A DNA stretch of 57,787 nucleotides, taken from the NCBI GenBank assembly GCA_002774365.1, contig PEYM01000120.1, positions 1-57,787 of the forward strand, given 5' to 3'. Source of the stretch: Candidatus Saganbacteria bacterium CG08_land_8_20_14_0_20_45_16 (GTDB lineage: Bacteria; Margulisbacteria; WOR-1; O2-12-FULL-45-9). Positions 1-7,979 of the stretch are shown in pieces. Below the pieces are notes generated by a model. The model did not search any database. It was given only the letters and a program-made list of their open reading frames with translations, and was not told where the DNA came from. The position numbers and the translations under genes are program-made. How positions within the stretch are numbered: the stretch's first letter is position 1; each line of letters starts with the position of its first letter.

Positions 1-57
1 GTTATAGTCGGGAAAGCTCGCTTTAAACCAAAATTTTCTGGGTTGACCACTTTATAA

Positions 58-2769
58 TCAAAGCTCTTTAACTCTTTCCTTTACTATCGCCAGTTTTTCT
101 TGCGCCGCTTTCAGCGCCTCTTTTTGCTTAGTAATCGTCTCTGGCGGAGCTTTGGAGGTAAAATTCTTGTTAGCCAGCAGCCCTTCAAGCCGTTTAATTT
201 CTTGAGTTAGGTTTTGTTCTTCTTTTTTGAGCCTTTCAACCTCTTTTTCAAGATCAATTAGTCCTTTAAGCGGGATAAAGAACTGGATATCAGCCACAAC
301 ACCAGAGGCAGATTGTTCTGGCTTATCTTTCATTGCAGACTTAAACTCGATTTTGACTGCTTTTGCCAAGGATTTAATAAAGACTTCGGCTGATTTTAAG
401 GTTTCGTGCTCCGCCTTATTTTTTGCTACAAAAACCAGCTCTATATCTTTGGTCTGAACCCCCATCTCTGCCTTAATATTGCGAATTTTGATAATAACTT
501 CCTTGACCAACTCCATCTGTTTCTCTATTGTCGCATCAATTAACGTTTTCTCCGCCTTTGGCCATTTATCTAATAGTAAATACCTTGGTTGTAAGTTGTC
601 AGTTGTCAGTTGTGAGTTAATTTCCTCGGTTATAAAGGGCATAAACGGATGGAGTAACTTCAAGCTCCCCCCAAGCACATAAAGCAACACACATTGCACT
701 CTTGCTTTTTTTTCAGGGTCATCAGAGTAAAGATCATTTTTAGAGATTTCAACGTACCAATCGCAAAAGTCACCCCAAAGAAAATCATAGATTGCCCTGG
801 CTGCATCGCCAAACTCAAAGTTGTCAAAATATTTAGTTGTATCTGTAATTAAACTGTTGTAGCGGCTTAAAATCCACTTATCCGCCAATGTAGAGGCGCC
901 CTTTAGGTCGCCATTTAATGGGGGCCTAAAGGCCTCCGCTACACCCAAGCCTTGCATCACAAACCTTGCCACATTCCAAATTTTATTCGCAAAGTTCCTT
1001 GCTTCGGTAATTTTATCTGGGGTAAGTTTGATATCTTGCCCCTGCCCGGTAATTAAGGAGATCAGAGCAAACCGCAAGGCATCGGCCCCAACTTTATCAA
1101 TAATTTCCAGCGGGTCAATCACGTTGCCAAATGATTTACTCATCTTTTTGCCAGAGGCATCGCGCACCAACCCGTGGATAAAAACTGTACTAAAGGGAAC
1201 CTTCTTCATAAAGTGGGTCCCCATCATAATCATGCGCGAAACCCAAAAAGTGATGATGTCATAGCCAGTGACTAAAACCGAAGTTGGATAAAAAGTTTTA
1301 AGTTCTTTTGTCTGGTCCGGCCAACCCAAAGTTGAAAACGGCCAGAGAGCCGAGCTAAACCAGGTATCAAAAACATCAGGATCTTGCTCAATCTTTGATC
1401 CCCCGCACTTCGGACATTTTTTTGGCTTTTCCTCCGCTACAATAATTTCATTACATTGTTCGGGTTTCGGGTTTCGGATTTCGGATTTGCAATAATACAC
1501 AGGGATCCTATGTCCCCACCAAAGTTGCCGAGAAATACACCAATCTTTAAGATTTGTCATCCAGTTAATATAAACCTTGGTCCAACGGTCAGGGACATAT
1601 TTTATTTTCCTTTCCTCAACCACTTTGATCGCCTCACGAGCTAAATCCGCAACCTTAACATACCACTGGTCTGACAAATACGGCTCAATCACCGTCTTAC
1701 AGCGGTAGCACTCGCCAACAGAATTTTCATAATCCTCTATTTTCTCAATCAAGCCCTGCTCTTCTAGCTTTTCAACAACTTTTTTGCGCGCGTCAAAGCG
1801 GTCGAGCCCATTAAACTCGCCAACTGTAATTTTGGCATCAGGGGTCATAATAATAATGCGCGGCAGGTCGTGCCTCTCCCCTATTTCAAAGTCATTGTGA
1901 TCATGAGCCGGAGTAACCTTGACTGCCCCAGTGCCAAACTCAGGATCAACAAAATCATCAGCAATCACCGGGATTTTGCGATCAGTTAAAGGGAGCTTAA
2001 TCATTTGACCAACTAGGTGTTTATAACGCTCATCTTTCGGATTAACCGCCACCGCAGTATCCCCCAGCATCGTCTCCGGCCTCGTCGTCGCCACTATTAT
2101 ATAATTACTACCATGTTCTGATTTCGGATTTCTGATTTCGGATTTGGCAAGAGAATATTTCAAGTACCACAGCTTCCCCTTTTTATTCTCATACTCAACC
2201 TCAATATCAGAAATCGCGGTCCCGCATCTGGGACACCAGTTAATTAAACGTTTCCCTTTGTAAATCAAGCCTTCGCGGTATAAAGTGACAAACTCTTTGG
2301 TTACAGCTTGGGAGAGTCCCTCGTCCATAGTAAAGCGCTCGCGCGACCAATCTAAAGCACAGCCTAGTCTTCTCAATTGTTTAGTAATACGACCGCCATA
2401 CTCTTCTTTCCACTGCCAAACACGTTTCAAAAACTCTTCGCGGCCCAGCTTATCTTTACTGGTCCCTTCTTTGCGCAGGGCATTTTCAACAACATTTTGG
2501 GTCGCAATCCCAGCATGATCAGTCCCAGGGACCCACAAGGTGTTAAACCCTTGCATTTTTTTGTAGCGGATCAAACAATCTTGGATCCCATTATCTAAGG
2601 CATGGCCCATATGAAGAGAGCCGGTAACATTAGGTGGAGGAATTACTATTGTAAAAGGTTCTTTTGAGGAATCTTCTGCTGGCGCAAAAATCCCGCTCTC
2701 TTCCCAAATTTTGTACCATTTTTGTTCAACTTCTGCTGGATTATAGACTTTAGGAATCTCTTGGTTCAT
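58..2769 (-). CDS. valS: Valine--tRNA ligase
   Basis: 903-aa ORF. Class I HIGH-type motif PPPNVTGSLHMGHAL, KMSKS motif (GKKMSKSFGNV), ATTRPETMLGD, DVFDTWFSS, and the C-terminal coiled coil typical of ValRS. Confidence 0.96.
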   Translation of the reverse strand: MNQEIPKVYNPAEVEQKWYKIWEESGIFAPAEDSSKEPFTIVIPPPNVTGSLHMGHALDNGIQDCLIRYKKMQGFNTLWVPGTDHAGIATQNVVENALRKEGTSKDKLGREEFLKRVWQWKEEYGGRITKQLRRLGCALDWSRERFTMDEGLSQAVTKEFVTLYREGLIYKGKRLINWCPRCGTAISDIEVEYENKKGKLWYLKYSLAKSEIRNPKSEHGSNYIIVATTRPETMLGDTAVAVNPKDERYKHLVGQMIKLPLTDRKIPVIADDFVDPEFGTGAVKVTPAHDHNDFEIGERHDLPRIIIMTPDAKITVGEFNGLDRFDARKKVVEKLEEQGLIEKIEDYENSVGECYRCKTVIEPYLSDQWYVKVADLAREAIKVVEERKIKYVPDRWTKVYINWMTNLKDWCISRQLWWGHRIPVYYCKSEIRNPKPEQCNEIIVAEEKPKKCPKCGGSKIEQDPDVFDTWFSSALWPFSTLGWPDQTKELKTFYPTSVLVTGYDIITFWVSRMIMMGTHFMKKVPFSTVFIHGLVRDASGKKMSKSFGNVIDPLEIIDKVGADALRFALISLITGQGQDIKLTPDKITEARNFANKIWNVARFVMQGLGVAEAFRPPLNGDLKGASTLADKWILSRYNSLITDTTKYFDNFEFGDAARAIYDFLWGDFCDWYVEISKNDLYSDDPEKKARVQCVLLYVLGGSLKLLHPFMPFITEEINSQLTTDNLQPRYLLLDKWPKAEKTLIDATIEKQMELVKEVIIKIRNIKAEMGVQTKDIELVFVAKNKAEHETLKSAEVFIKSLAKAVKIEFKSAMKDKPEQSASGVVADIQFFIPLKGLIDLEKEVERLKKEEQNLTQEIKRLEGLLANKNFTSKAPPETITKQKEALKAAQEKLAIVKERVKEL
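587..621. repeat. Tandem heptanucleotide repeat (GGTTGTA AGTTGTC AGTTGTC AGTTGTG AGTTAAT) inside valS
   Basis: Five phased 7-nt units read directly. They are translated on the minus strand as ..NSQLTTDNLQP.. within ValRS. Confidence 0.7.
1458..1492. repeat. Tandem heptanucleotide repeat (GTTCGGG TTTCGGG TTTCGGA TTTCGGA TTTGCAA) inside valS
   Basis: Phased 7-nt units. The minus strand encodes C-KSEIRNPKPEQ-C in ValRS. Confidence 0.8.
2115..2149. repeat. Tandem heptanucleotide repeat (GTTCTGA TTTCGGA TTTCTGA TTTCGGA TTTGGCA) inside valS
   Basis: Same repeat family as 1458-1492. The minus strand encodes AKSEIRNPKSEHG just upstream of the ATTRPET motif. Confidence 0.8.
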
Positions 2770-2802
2770 AGTATCTTTATTTTAGCAAATTCTCATCTCA
2801 AA

Positions 2803-2831
2803 GTGAAATTTTTCTCTCATTTAACAGATAA
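2803..2831 (+). promoter_or_regulatory. Sigma-28-like promoter motif, copy 1 (GTGAAATTT ... ACAGATAA)
   Basis: GTGAAA at 2803-2808, exactly 15 nt, then ACAGATAA at 2824-2831, 16 nt upstream of ATG 2848. This is the weakest -10 of the seven copies (CAGATAA rather than CCGATAA). Confidence 0.45.
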
Positions 2832-2847
2832 ATATTAGGAGTAAATC

Positions 2848-3555
2848 ATGTCAAATGTTTCTATTCCAGCATATAGACCAGATCCATTAAGTGGTAAAAC
2901 AATCAAGAATTACCGCGATCGTGTTCGACCAATTGTGAATGGCATTAGCAATGCCACCATTGCCATTAAAGCGGCTGTCAATAAAGGACGCATCTTACTT
3001 TGCCCCTGGTTTCATCGAAAAAAAATCTACTTACCAGTTGAAACCCTAAGAGATAGAGAGCAAACCATTGTCCTCTGCTTTCCAAAAAAAGAAGAGGTCT
3101 TTGCCGCAGTCTTTACTGAAAAGGCGTGGCGCGATCAGAAGGGAAAGCCAAGCGAAGTCTTTCTCGTCAGAAATTCAGAAAGGGAGGTCTTTCTTGAAGG
3201 CCAGCCTGTTGATAAAAATGAAACTAAAGTAGAAGCGCCTAATACTAAAGGAGAAACAGAGACCACTAGAAAACGACGCGAAGGAAAAGAAGCAGCAAAT
3301 TTTTGGCTGAGAATAAGAGATAATCTGCCCTCTTCTTTTTCAAGAAAAGTTAAGCCAGATGGGACAGTAAATCTTTGTAGTATTGCTGGAATTCAGCGTT
3401 CTTTCCCGATTGGGATTCAATATAAAGGCAAAACAGCTAATATTTCATTCTTAGAAAATGAAGAAATTAGAGTGGTCTCTTTCCAAGTTGAATTCTTAAC
3501 TGTTAGCTTTTGCCTTTTCAAGAACGGTGATTTTAGTGAGGAGCCAAGGATTTGA
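2848..3555 (+). CDS. Hypothetical protein (235 aa)
   Basis: ORF with AGGAG 8 nt upstream of the ATG. No recognisable motif. Preceded by the shared promoter motif. Confidence 0.6.
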   Translation: MSNVSIPAYRPDPLSGKTIKNYRDRVRPIVNGISNATIAIKAAVNKGRILLCPWFHRKKIYLPVETLRDREQTIVLCFPKKEEVFAAVFTEKAWRDQKGKPSEVFLVRNSEREVFLEGQPVDKNETKVEAPNTKGETETTRKRREGKEAANFWLRIRDNLPSSFSRKVKPDGTVNLCSIAGIQRSFPIGIQYKGKTANISFLENEEIRVVSFQVEFLTVSFCLFKNGDFSEEPRI

Positions 3556-3654
3556 CGTCTCCAGGTAAAATTTTTCTCCAGAGTGCCAGAAGAAAGTACA
3601 CAGTTCGAATTTAAACTAGCAGATGATCTTGTGCGAGAGGAAAACGAAAGCCCT

Positions 3655-4527
3655 CTACACAACAACTAAAATCTGCTTGTCTATAAAAGAAGCCAGCTTT
3701 AAATAGTCGGCCATCCCCTCAAAAACAGCCTCTTGAGGGATCATCCCCACAAGCTCTGACTCTAAAATCTCCACCTGGTACTCTTGTGCCCAGTTTTTGA
3801 CTTCAGCAAAAACCTTTTTTAGTGAGGTCATCCGGTGGTCGCAGAGATTGATTGAGACTTGAGTTATTCCTCGAGAAAGAAGCGAAATCCCCAAGGCCCT
3901 CACCCCTTTCAGCCCACCGCTCTTTTCCCTAATATTCTTGGCAATTGACTTGGCAATATCCAGATCTGTGGTCTTAAGATTAACATTAAACGCAATTAAA
4001 AAATCCCGCACCCCAACAGCCACCACCCCTGCTGAAAAATGAAGGTCATGGCCCACATCCGGCTGGCGCTCTGGTATATTGATCTCCTGGCACAAAAGGT
4101 GATACCCACCCCGCCTGACAAAAGGGAGCTCTTTTCGCTCTGGTTTTAACGCCGACTCTCCATAATAATAAACAGGCAAAGCTAATTTTTGCCAGAGCTC
4201 TTCCCCTAATTCGCGCACCAAACATAAGACTTCAGGCAGAGGACAGCTAACAGGAACAAACGGAATAACATCTACTACTCCAATATATGGATGCTCCCCC
4301 TCATGCTCCCTAATATTTAAAAGCTGCATCGCCCGCAAAGTTAGATCAAAAGCCGCTTGCTTAACTTCTTGAGGCCCGCCAACCATGGTAACAACTGTGC
4401 GGTTATGGTCTGGATCAGAGTGGACATTAAAAACTTTAGCAGTTTTAACAGCAGCAACAATCTCATCAACTAAGGCTAAGTCACGGCCTTCGGAAAAGTT
4501 CGGGACACACTCAACCAGCTTATTCAT
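3655..4527 (-). CDS. Glutamate formimidoyltransferase (FtcD N-terminal-type, standalone)
   Basis: The N-terminus [16 protein letters not shown] is the hallmark start of formiminotransferases, and the ~290 aa size fits. I prefer the second Met (4527, ATGAATAA overlapping the ftsH stop) over the longest ORF start at 4548. Confidence 0.85.
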   Translation of the reverse strand: MNKLVECVPNFSEGRDLALVDEIVAAVKTAKVFNVHSDPDHNRTVVTMVGGPQEVKQAAFDLTLRAMQLLNIREHEGEHPYIGVVDVIPFVPVSCPLPEVLCLVRELGEELWQKLALPVYYYGESALKPERKELPFVRRGGYHLLCQEINIPERQPDVGHDLHFSAGVVAVGVRDFLIAFNVNLKTTDLDIAKSIAKNIREKSGGLKGVRALGISLLSRGITQVSINLCDHRMTSLKKVFAEVKNWAQEYQVEILESELVGMIPQEAVFEGMADYLKLASFIDKQILVVV

Positions 4528-6364
4528 CTGAGGCTGGGCGCGGAACATTTGACGTTAGACCTTTTAACCCTGCCAAGGCTTGCTCAAGGTCAGCGTTCTC
4601 TAAAGTTTCTTTAGTCATCAAGGCCTTAGCAATCAGGTGCATCTGATCTTTGTTTAAGGCCAGCAATTCCTTGGCCCGCTGAAAACATAGGTCAACAATC
4701 CCTTTGATCGCCTCATCAATTTTATCAGCGGTTTCTTCGCTGTAATCCTTCATTTCAGCAATGTCACGGCCAAGAAAGATCTGTCGGTCCTTACGGCCAA
4801 AGGTCCTGGGCCCTAGCTTGCTCATGCCAAATTCACAGACCATTTTTTTAGCTAAGTCAGTAGCCCGCTCGAGATCATTGTGCGCGCCAGAAGTAACCTC
4901 GTTAAAAATAATTTCTTCCGCCACCCTACCCCCCATCAAAACAGTAATCTGATCAAGGGCCTCACCATAGCTCACCAAATGCTTGTCTTGTTCCGGGAGC
5001 TGCAATGTATAACCCAAGGCCATCCCGCGCGGCAGAATGGAAATCTTGTGAACTGGGTCGGCATGGGAGAGCACTTTTGACAAAACAGCATGCCCGACCT
5101 CGTGAAAAGCCACAATCTCCCGCTCTTTATCTGAGATCACCCGGCTCTTCTTTTCTGGTCCAGCAAGCACCCTGTCAATTGCCTCCTCCACCTCTTCCAT
5201 TGTTACTTCTTTTTTTTCAGCTCGAGCCGCTAAGATCGCGGCCTCGTTTAAAACATTCTCTAGGTCAGCCCCGGTAAAACCCGGCGTCCGGCGCGCCACA
5301 ACATTAAGATTAACATCGCTGGCCAAGGGCTTACCCTTAGCATGAATCGCCATGATCCCTTCTCTCCCCTTTAAGTCAGGCTTATCCAAGACCACTTGGC
5401 GATCAAAGCGACCAGGCCGCAAGAGGGCTGGATCTAAAATATCCGGCCGATTGGTCGCCGCAATGATAATAATATTAGTCTTAGGGTCAAAACCATCCAT
5501 TTCAACCAGCAATTGGTTTAAAGTCTGCTCGCGCTCATCATGACCACCACCAAGCCCAGCCCCCCGATGCCGGCCCACGGCATCAATCTCATCCATAAAA
5601 ATAATCGCTGGGGGCTGTTTTTTGGCTTCGGCAAAGATCGAACGGACCCGCGACGCCCCCACCCCCACAAACATCTCAACAAAATCAGAACCAGAGATTG
5701 AAAAAAATGGGACCCCAGCCTCCCCGGCAATGGCCCGAGCCAGCAAGGTTTTACCTGTCCCCGGCGCCCCCATTAAAAGCAACCCTTTGGGCATCTTGGC
5801 CCCTAAGGCCTGGAACTTGGCCGGGTTTTTCAAAAAATCAACAATCTCATGGAGCTCTTCTTTGGCCTCATCCACCCCAGCCACATCAGCAAAAGTCACA
5901 TTAGTCTTGCCGACTTGGGGCTTGACCTTGGAGCGACCAAAAGCAATCGCCTGTTGATTGGTATTTTGCGCCTGACGAATGATTAGCCACCAGAGGAGGG
6001 CAAAAAAGGCAATTGGGATCAAGAGCTGGATCGCTAAATTCCAAAGCCAGTTTGACTCAACCGGAGCCTCAACCTTAATTGTCACCCCTTTGCTGCGCAG
6101 GTCTTTGACCAGATTAGGATAATTAAGGGCTCGACTGCTAAACTTGCTCTTATCAATCAGATCACCCTTAAGCTGATCGCCAGCGATTGTTACATCCTTG
6201 ACCTTTCCTTGTTCAACTAAATCAAGGAACTCTGAAAAACCAATCTCTTTTGAAGCCAGCTCAGACTGGAACATGGGCGAGATAAGCGCTAGGATCGCTA
6301 AAACAACAAGCAAATAAATAAAAATATTTTTCCAATTGGTCTTCATAAGATTTTTTCCAAACAC
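4520..6364 (-). CDS. ftsH: ATP-dependent zinc metalloprotease FtsH
   Basis: N-terminal TM helices, Walker [14 protein letters not shown], Walker [34 protein letters not shown], and zinc site HEVGHA. Confidence 0.97.
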   Translation of the reverse strand: MFGKNLMKTNWKNIFIYLLVVLAILALISPMFQSELASKEIGFSEFLDLVEQGKVKDVTIAGDQLKGDLIDKSKFSSRALNYPNLVKDLRSKGVTIKVEAPVESNWLWNLAIQLLIPIAFFALLWWLIIRQAQNTNQQAIAFGRSKVKPQVGKTNVTFADVAGVDEAKEELHEIVDFLKNPAKFQALGAKMPKGLLLMGAPGTGKTLLARAIAGEAGVPFFSISGSDFVEMFVGVGASRVRSIFAEAKKQPPAIIFMDEIDAVGRHRGAGLGGGHDEREQTLNQLLVEMDGFDPKTNIIIIAATNRPDILDPALLRPGRFDRQVVLDKPDLKGREGIMAIHAKGKPLASDVNLNVVARRTPGFTGADLENVLNEAAILAARAEKKEVTMEEVEEAIDRVLAGPEKKSRVISDKEREIVAFHEVGHAVLSKVLSHADPVHKISILPRGMALGYTLQLPEQDKHLVSYGEALDQITVLMGGRVAEEIIFNEVTSGAHNDLERATDLAKKMVCEFGMSKLGPRTFGRKDRQIFLGRDIAEMKDYSEETADKIDEAIKGIVDLCFQRAKELLALNKDQMHLIAKALMTKETLENADLEQALAGLKGLTSNVPRPASDE

Positions 6365-6420
6365 TCACCCCAGTTAGGCAAACTTCTTCCCCCTCTCCCA
6401 GAGGGAAAGGGGTTTAGAGG
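6364..6420 (-). repeat. Hairpin-containing interspersed repeat, copy A (partial, inverted relative to copy B at 56359-56436)
   Basis: CTCACCCC end at 6364-6371. The inner hairpin CCCCCTCTCCCAGAGGGAAAGGGG (6389-6412) matches the reverse complement of 56386-56409 at about 21 of 24 positions. Confidence 0.55.
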
Positions 6421-6470
6421 GCTTAGTAGAACTATATTATAACATATTCTCGTCGGTAACTCTAGAATCA

Positions 6471-6866
6471 TCAGACTTTGCGCCGGCCTTTCTTCTCCTG
6501 CTGCTTGATCTCTTGCCAGCACTCCAAGACCTCGCTTGAATTTGCGGCCTTAAGGTCGCTAAAAACGTGAGGGTGGCGGCGCTTCATCTTTGCCGAGACA
6601 ATTTCGATCACTTGGGCTAAGTCAAAATGCTTGTCTTCTTCAGCAAAGACCGAGAGCATTACAACGTGAAGGAGCATATCCCCCACCTCTTCAGCCAAGT
6701 TTTCGTAGTCTTTCTTTTCAATCGCTTCGATTGCTTCGTTTACCTCTTCTAACAGAAAAGGACGTAAAGACTCAAGAGTTTGCTCTCTGTCCCAAGGACA
6801 TTCCTGGCGCAATTTCCTCACGATTTCAACAAATTGCTCAAATTTTTGGCCAAGTTTTTTCATCAT
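6471..6866 (-). CDS. mazG: MazG-like nucleoside triphosphate pyrophosphohydrolase
   Basis: 131 aa. EExxE-type motifs LLEEVNEAIEAI and AEEVGDMLLHV, and C-terminal RHPHVF, typical of small MazG-family proteins. Confidence 0.8.
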   Translation of the reverse strand: MMKKLGQKFEQFVEIVRKLRQECPWDREQTLESLRPFLLEEVNEAIEAIEKKDYENLAEEVGDMLLHVVMLSVFAEEDKHFDLAQVIEIVSAKMKRRHPHVFSDLKAANSSEVLECWQEIKQQEKKGRRKV

Positions 6867-6962
6867 TACTATTTTATTTTACCATATCCCTCACCTTGCT
6901 TCAAAATTCCACATGCTTTCATGCAAGATTTAGCCTGCTTATCCCGATATACTAAGTAGAAA

Positions 6963-7262
6963 ATGGCCACAAAAAATACTACAACCAAACAAGCGGTTGC
7001 GGACAAGCAAAACGGTCCGAGCCTTGAGTCCTTGGGGCTAAAATCACCCATTGAGATTTTTGATATTTTGTCGATCTTAAGGGTTGATAATGAACCGCTT
7101 ATCAAAAGCAGCCAAGCTTTACTGGACCAAAAGCTCAAGGCCCAAACTATTATGGAATATTTTAAGACTAAATTTAATATTAGCCCGGGCGATCTGCCCT
7201 ATCTTGCCTCAATGATCAAGCACGACCTAAAACACGGCAAGATCAAATTAAGGAGAAACTAA
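6963..7262 (+). CDS. Hypothetical protein (99 aa)
   Basis: First gene of a tightly packed three-ORF unit. No recognisable motif and no obvious SD. Confidence 0.45.
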   Translation: MATKNTTTKQAVADKQNGPSLESLGLKSPIEIFDILSILRVDNEPLIKSSQALLDQKLKAQTIMEYFKTKFNISPGDLPYLASMIKHDLKHGKIKLRRN

Positions 7263-7263
7263 G

Positions 7264-7656
7264 GTGGGTGACCTGTCACAAAATATCGGTAATATTGGTG
7301 GGGTTAGACCAACCCAGCGCTCAGAAGGTACCCAAGCTGGTGTCTACTTAAGCTCTGACCAAATCGAAGACTATAAAGCTAGAATCAGACAGGTCCAAAC
7401 CTCGCCAGCCGAAAGGTTCACAGAAATCCCAGCTACGTTAGGCCGGCTTAATCCAGACGCGGCCGCTCAAGACCCAACACCAATCAACCGGCAGATCATC
7501 CAAGAGGCAGCCCAAGCACCTGACCCAAGCAACAGCACGGCTGGCATTGAACAGCTAGCTGGCAATTTGCAAGTTATTTACGCACTGCTGCCACAGGCTC
7601 GGCCCCTGGCACGACAGGCTGCAGCAGAACAGCGCTTAGTAGGAGGCAAGGCATGA
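7264..7656 (+). CDS. Hypothetical protein (130 aa, GTG start)
   Basis: GTG one nt after the preceding TAA, with AAGGAG at 7250-7255. Low-complexity, Q/A/P-rich. Confidence 0.5.
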   Translation: MGDLSQNIGNIGGVRPTQRSEGTQAGVYLSSDQIEDYKARIRQVQTSPAERFTEIPATLGRLNPDAAAQDPTPINRQIIQEAAQAPDPSNSTAGIEQLAGNLQVIYALLPQARPLARQAAAEQRLVGGKA

Positions 7657-7979
7657 ACCCAGAAAAAAGCGCTTTAGAGCAATTAGAAGATATGCTTAAG
7701 GAATTTTGGCGGCAGCTGGCTAGGCCATCTATCATTGCCGCTCGCCACGCAGAATTTCTCATTGAGCCAAAGATCTTTATCGGCGATAAGCTCCATCCTG
7801 AGATCTTAAAGCTTTTGACCTTAAATTATTTGGCCAATACTTCACGCCAAGATTCTGGCACTGGCAATAACATTGAGGTTTCAACAGAAAAGATCGTGAT
7901 CAAAAATCAAAAGGGCAAACCAGTGGTCATTATCCGCGACCAAGAGATTGTCCAGCAATTCCTTGCTCAGCAAGCTTAA
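7653..7979 (+). CDS. Hypothetical protein (108 aa)
   Basis: ATGA start/stop overlap with the previous ORF (7653-7656). Its 3' end overlaps the mfd 3' end convergently by 50 nt. Confidence 0.5.
   Translation: MNPEKSALEQLEDMLKEFWRQLARPSIIAARHAEFLIEPKIFIGDKLHPEILKLLTLNYLANTSRQDSGTGNNIEVSTEKIVIKNQKGKPVVIIRDQEIVQQFLAQQA

Noticed and set aside
1458-2149. Whether the short tandem repeats could be a CRISPR array or a coding pentapeptide-type repeat.
   Set aside because: The units are 7 nt with no spacers, lie inside valS and keep its frame. They are not CRISPR and not a protein-level repeat family.
2770-2802. A divergent sigma-70-like promoter for valS (minus strand TTCACT-N17-TAAAAT, 9 nt from the ATG), sharing bases with promoter-motif copy 1.
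   Set aside because: The -35 matches only 4 of 6 positions and the region is AT-rich. It is plausible but too weak to list as a feature.
6869-7138. An 89-aa minus-strand ORF between mazG and the small-ORF operon.
   Set aside because: It overlaps the plus-strand ORF 6963-7262, which has operon context. It has no SD and an odd composition, so it is probably spurious.
7264-7656. The possibility that the 130-aa ORF is an FlgM-type anti-sigma-28 factor, which would fit the sigma-28-like promoters.
   Set aside because: I could not find the C-terminal FlgM helix pattern (..KI..LK..I..G.Y.VD...IA..). The similarity is limited to small size and low complexity.
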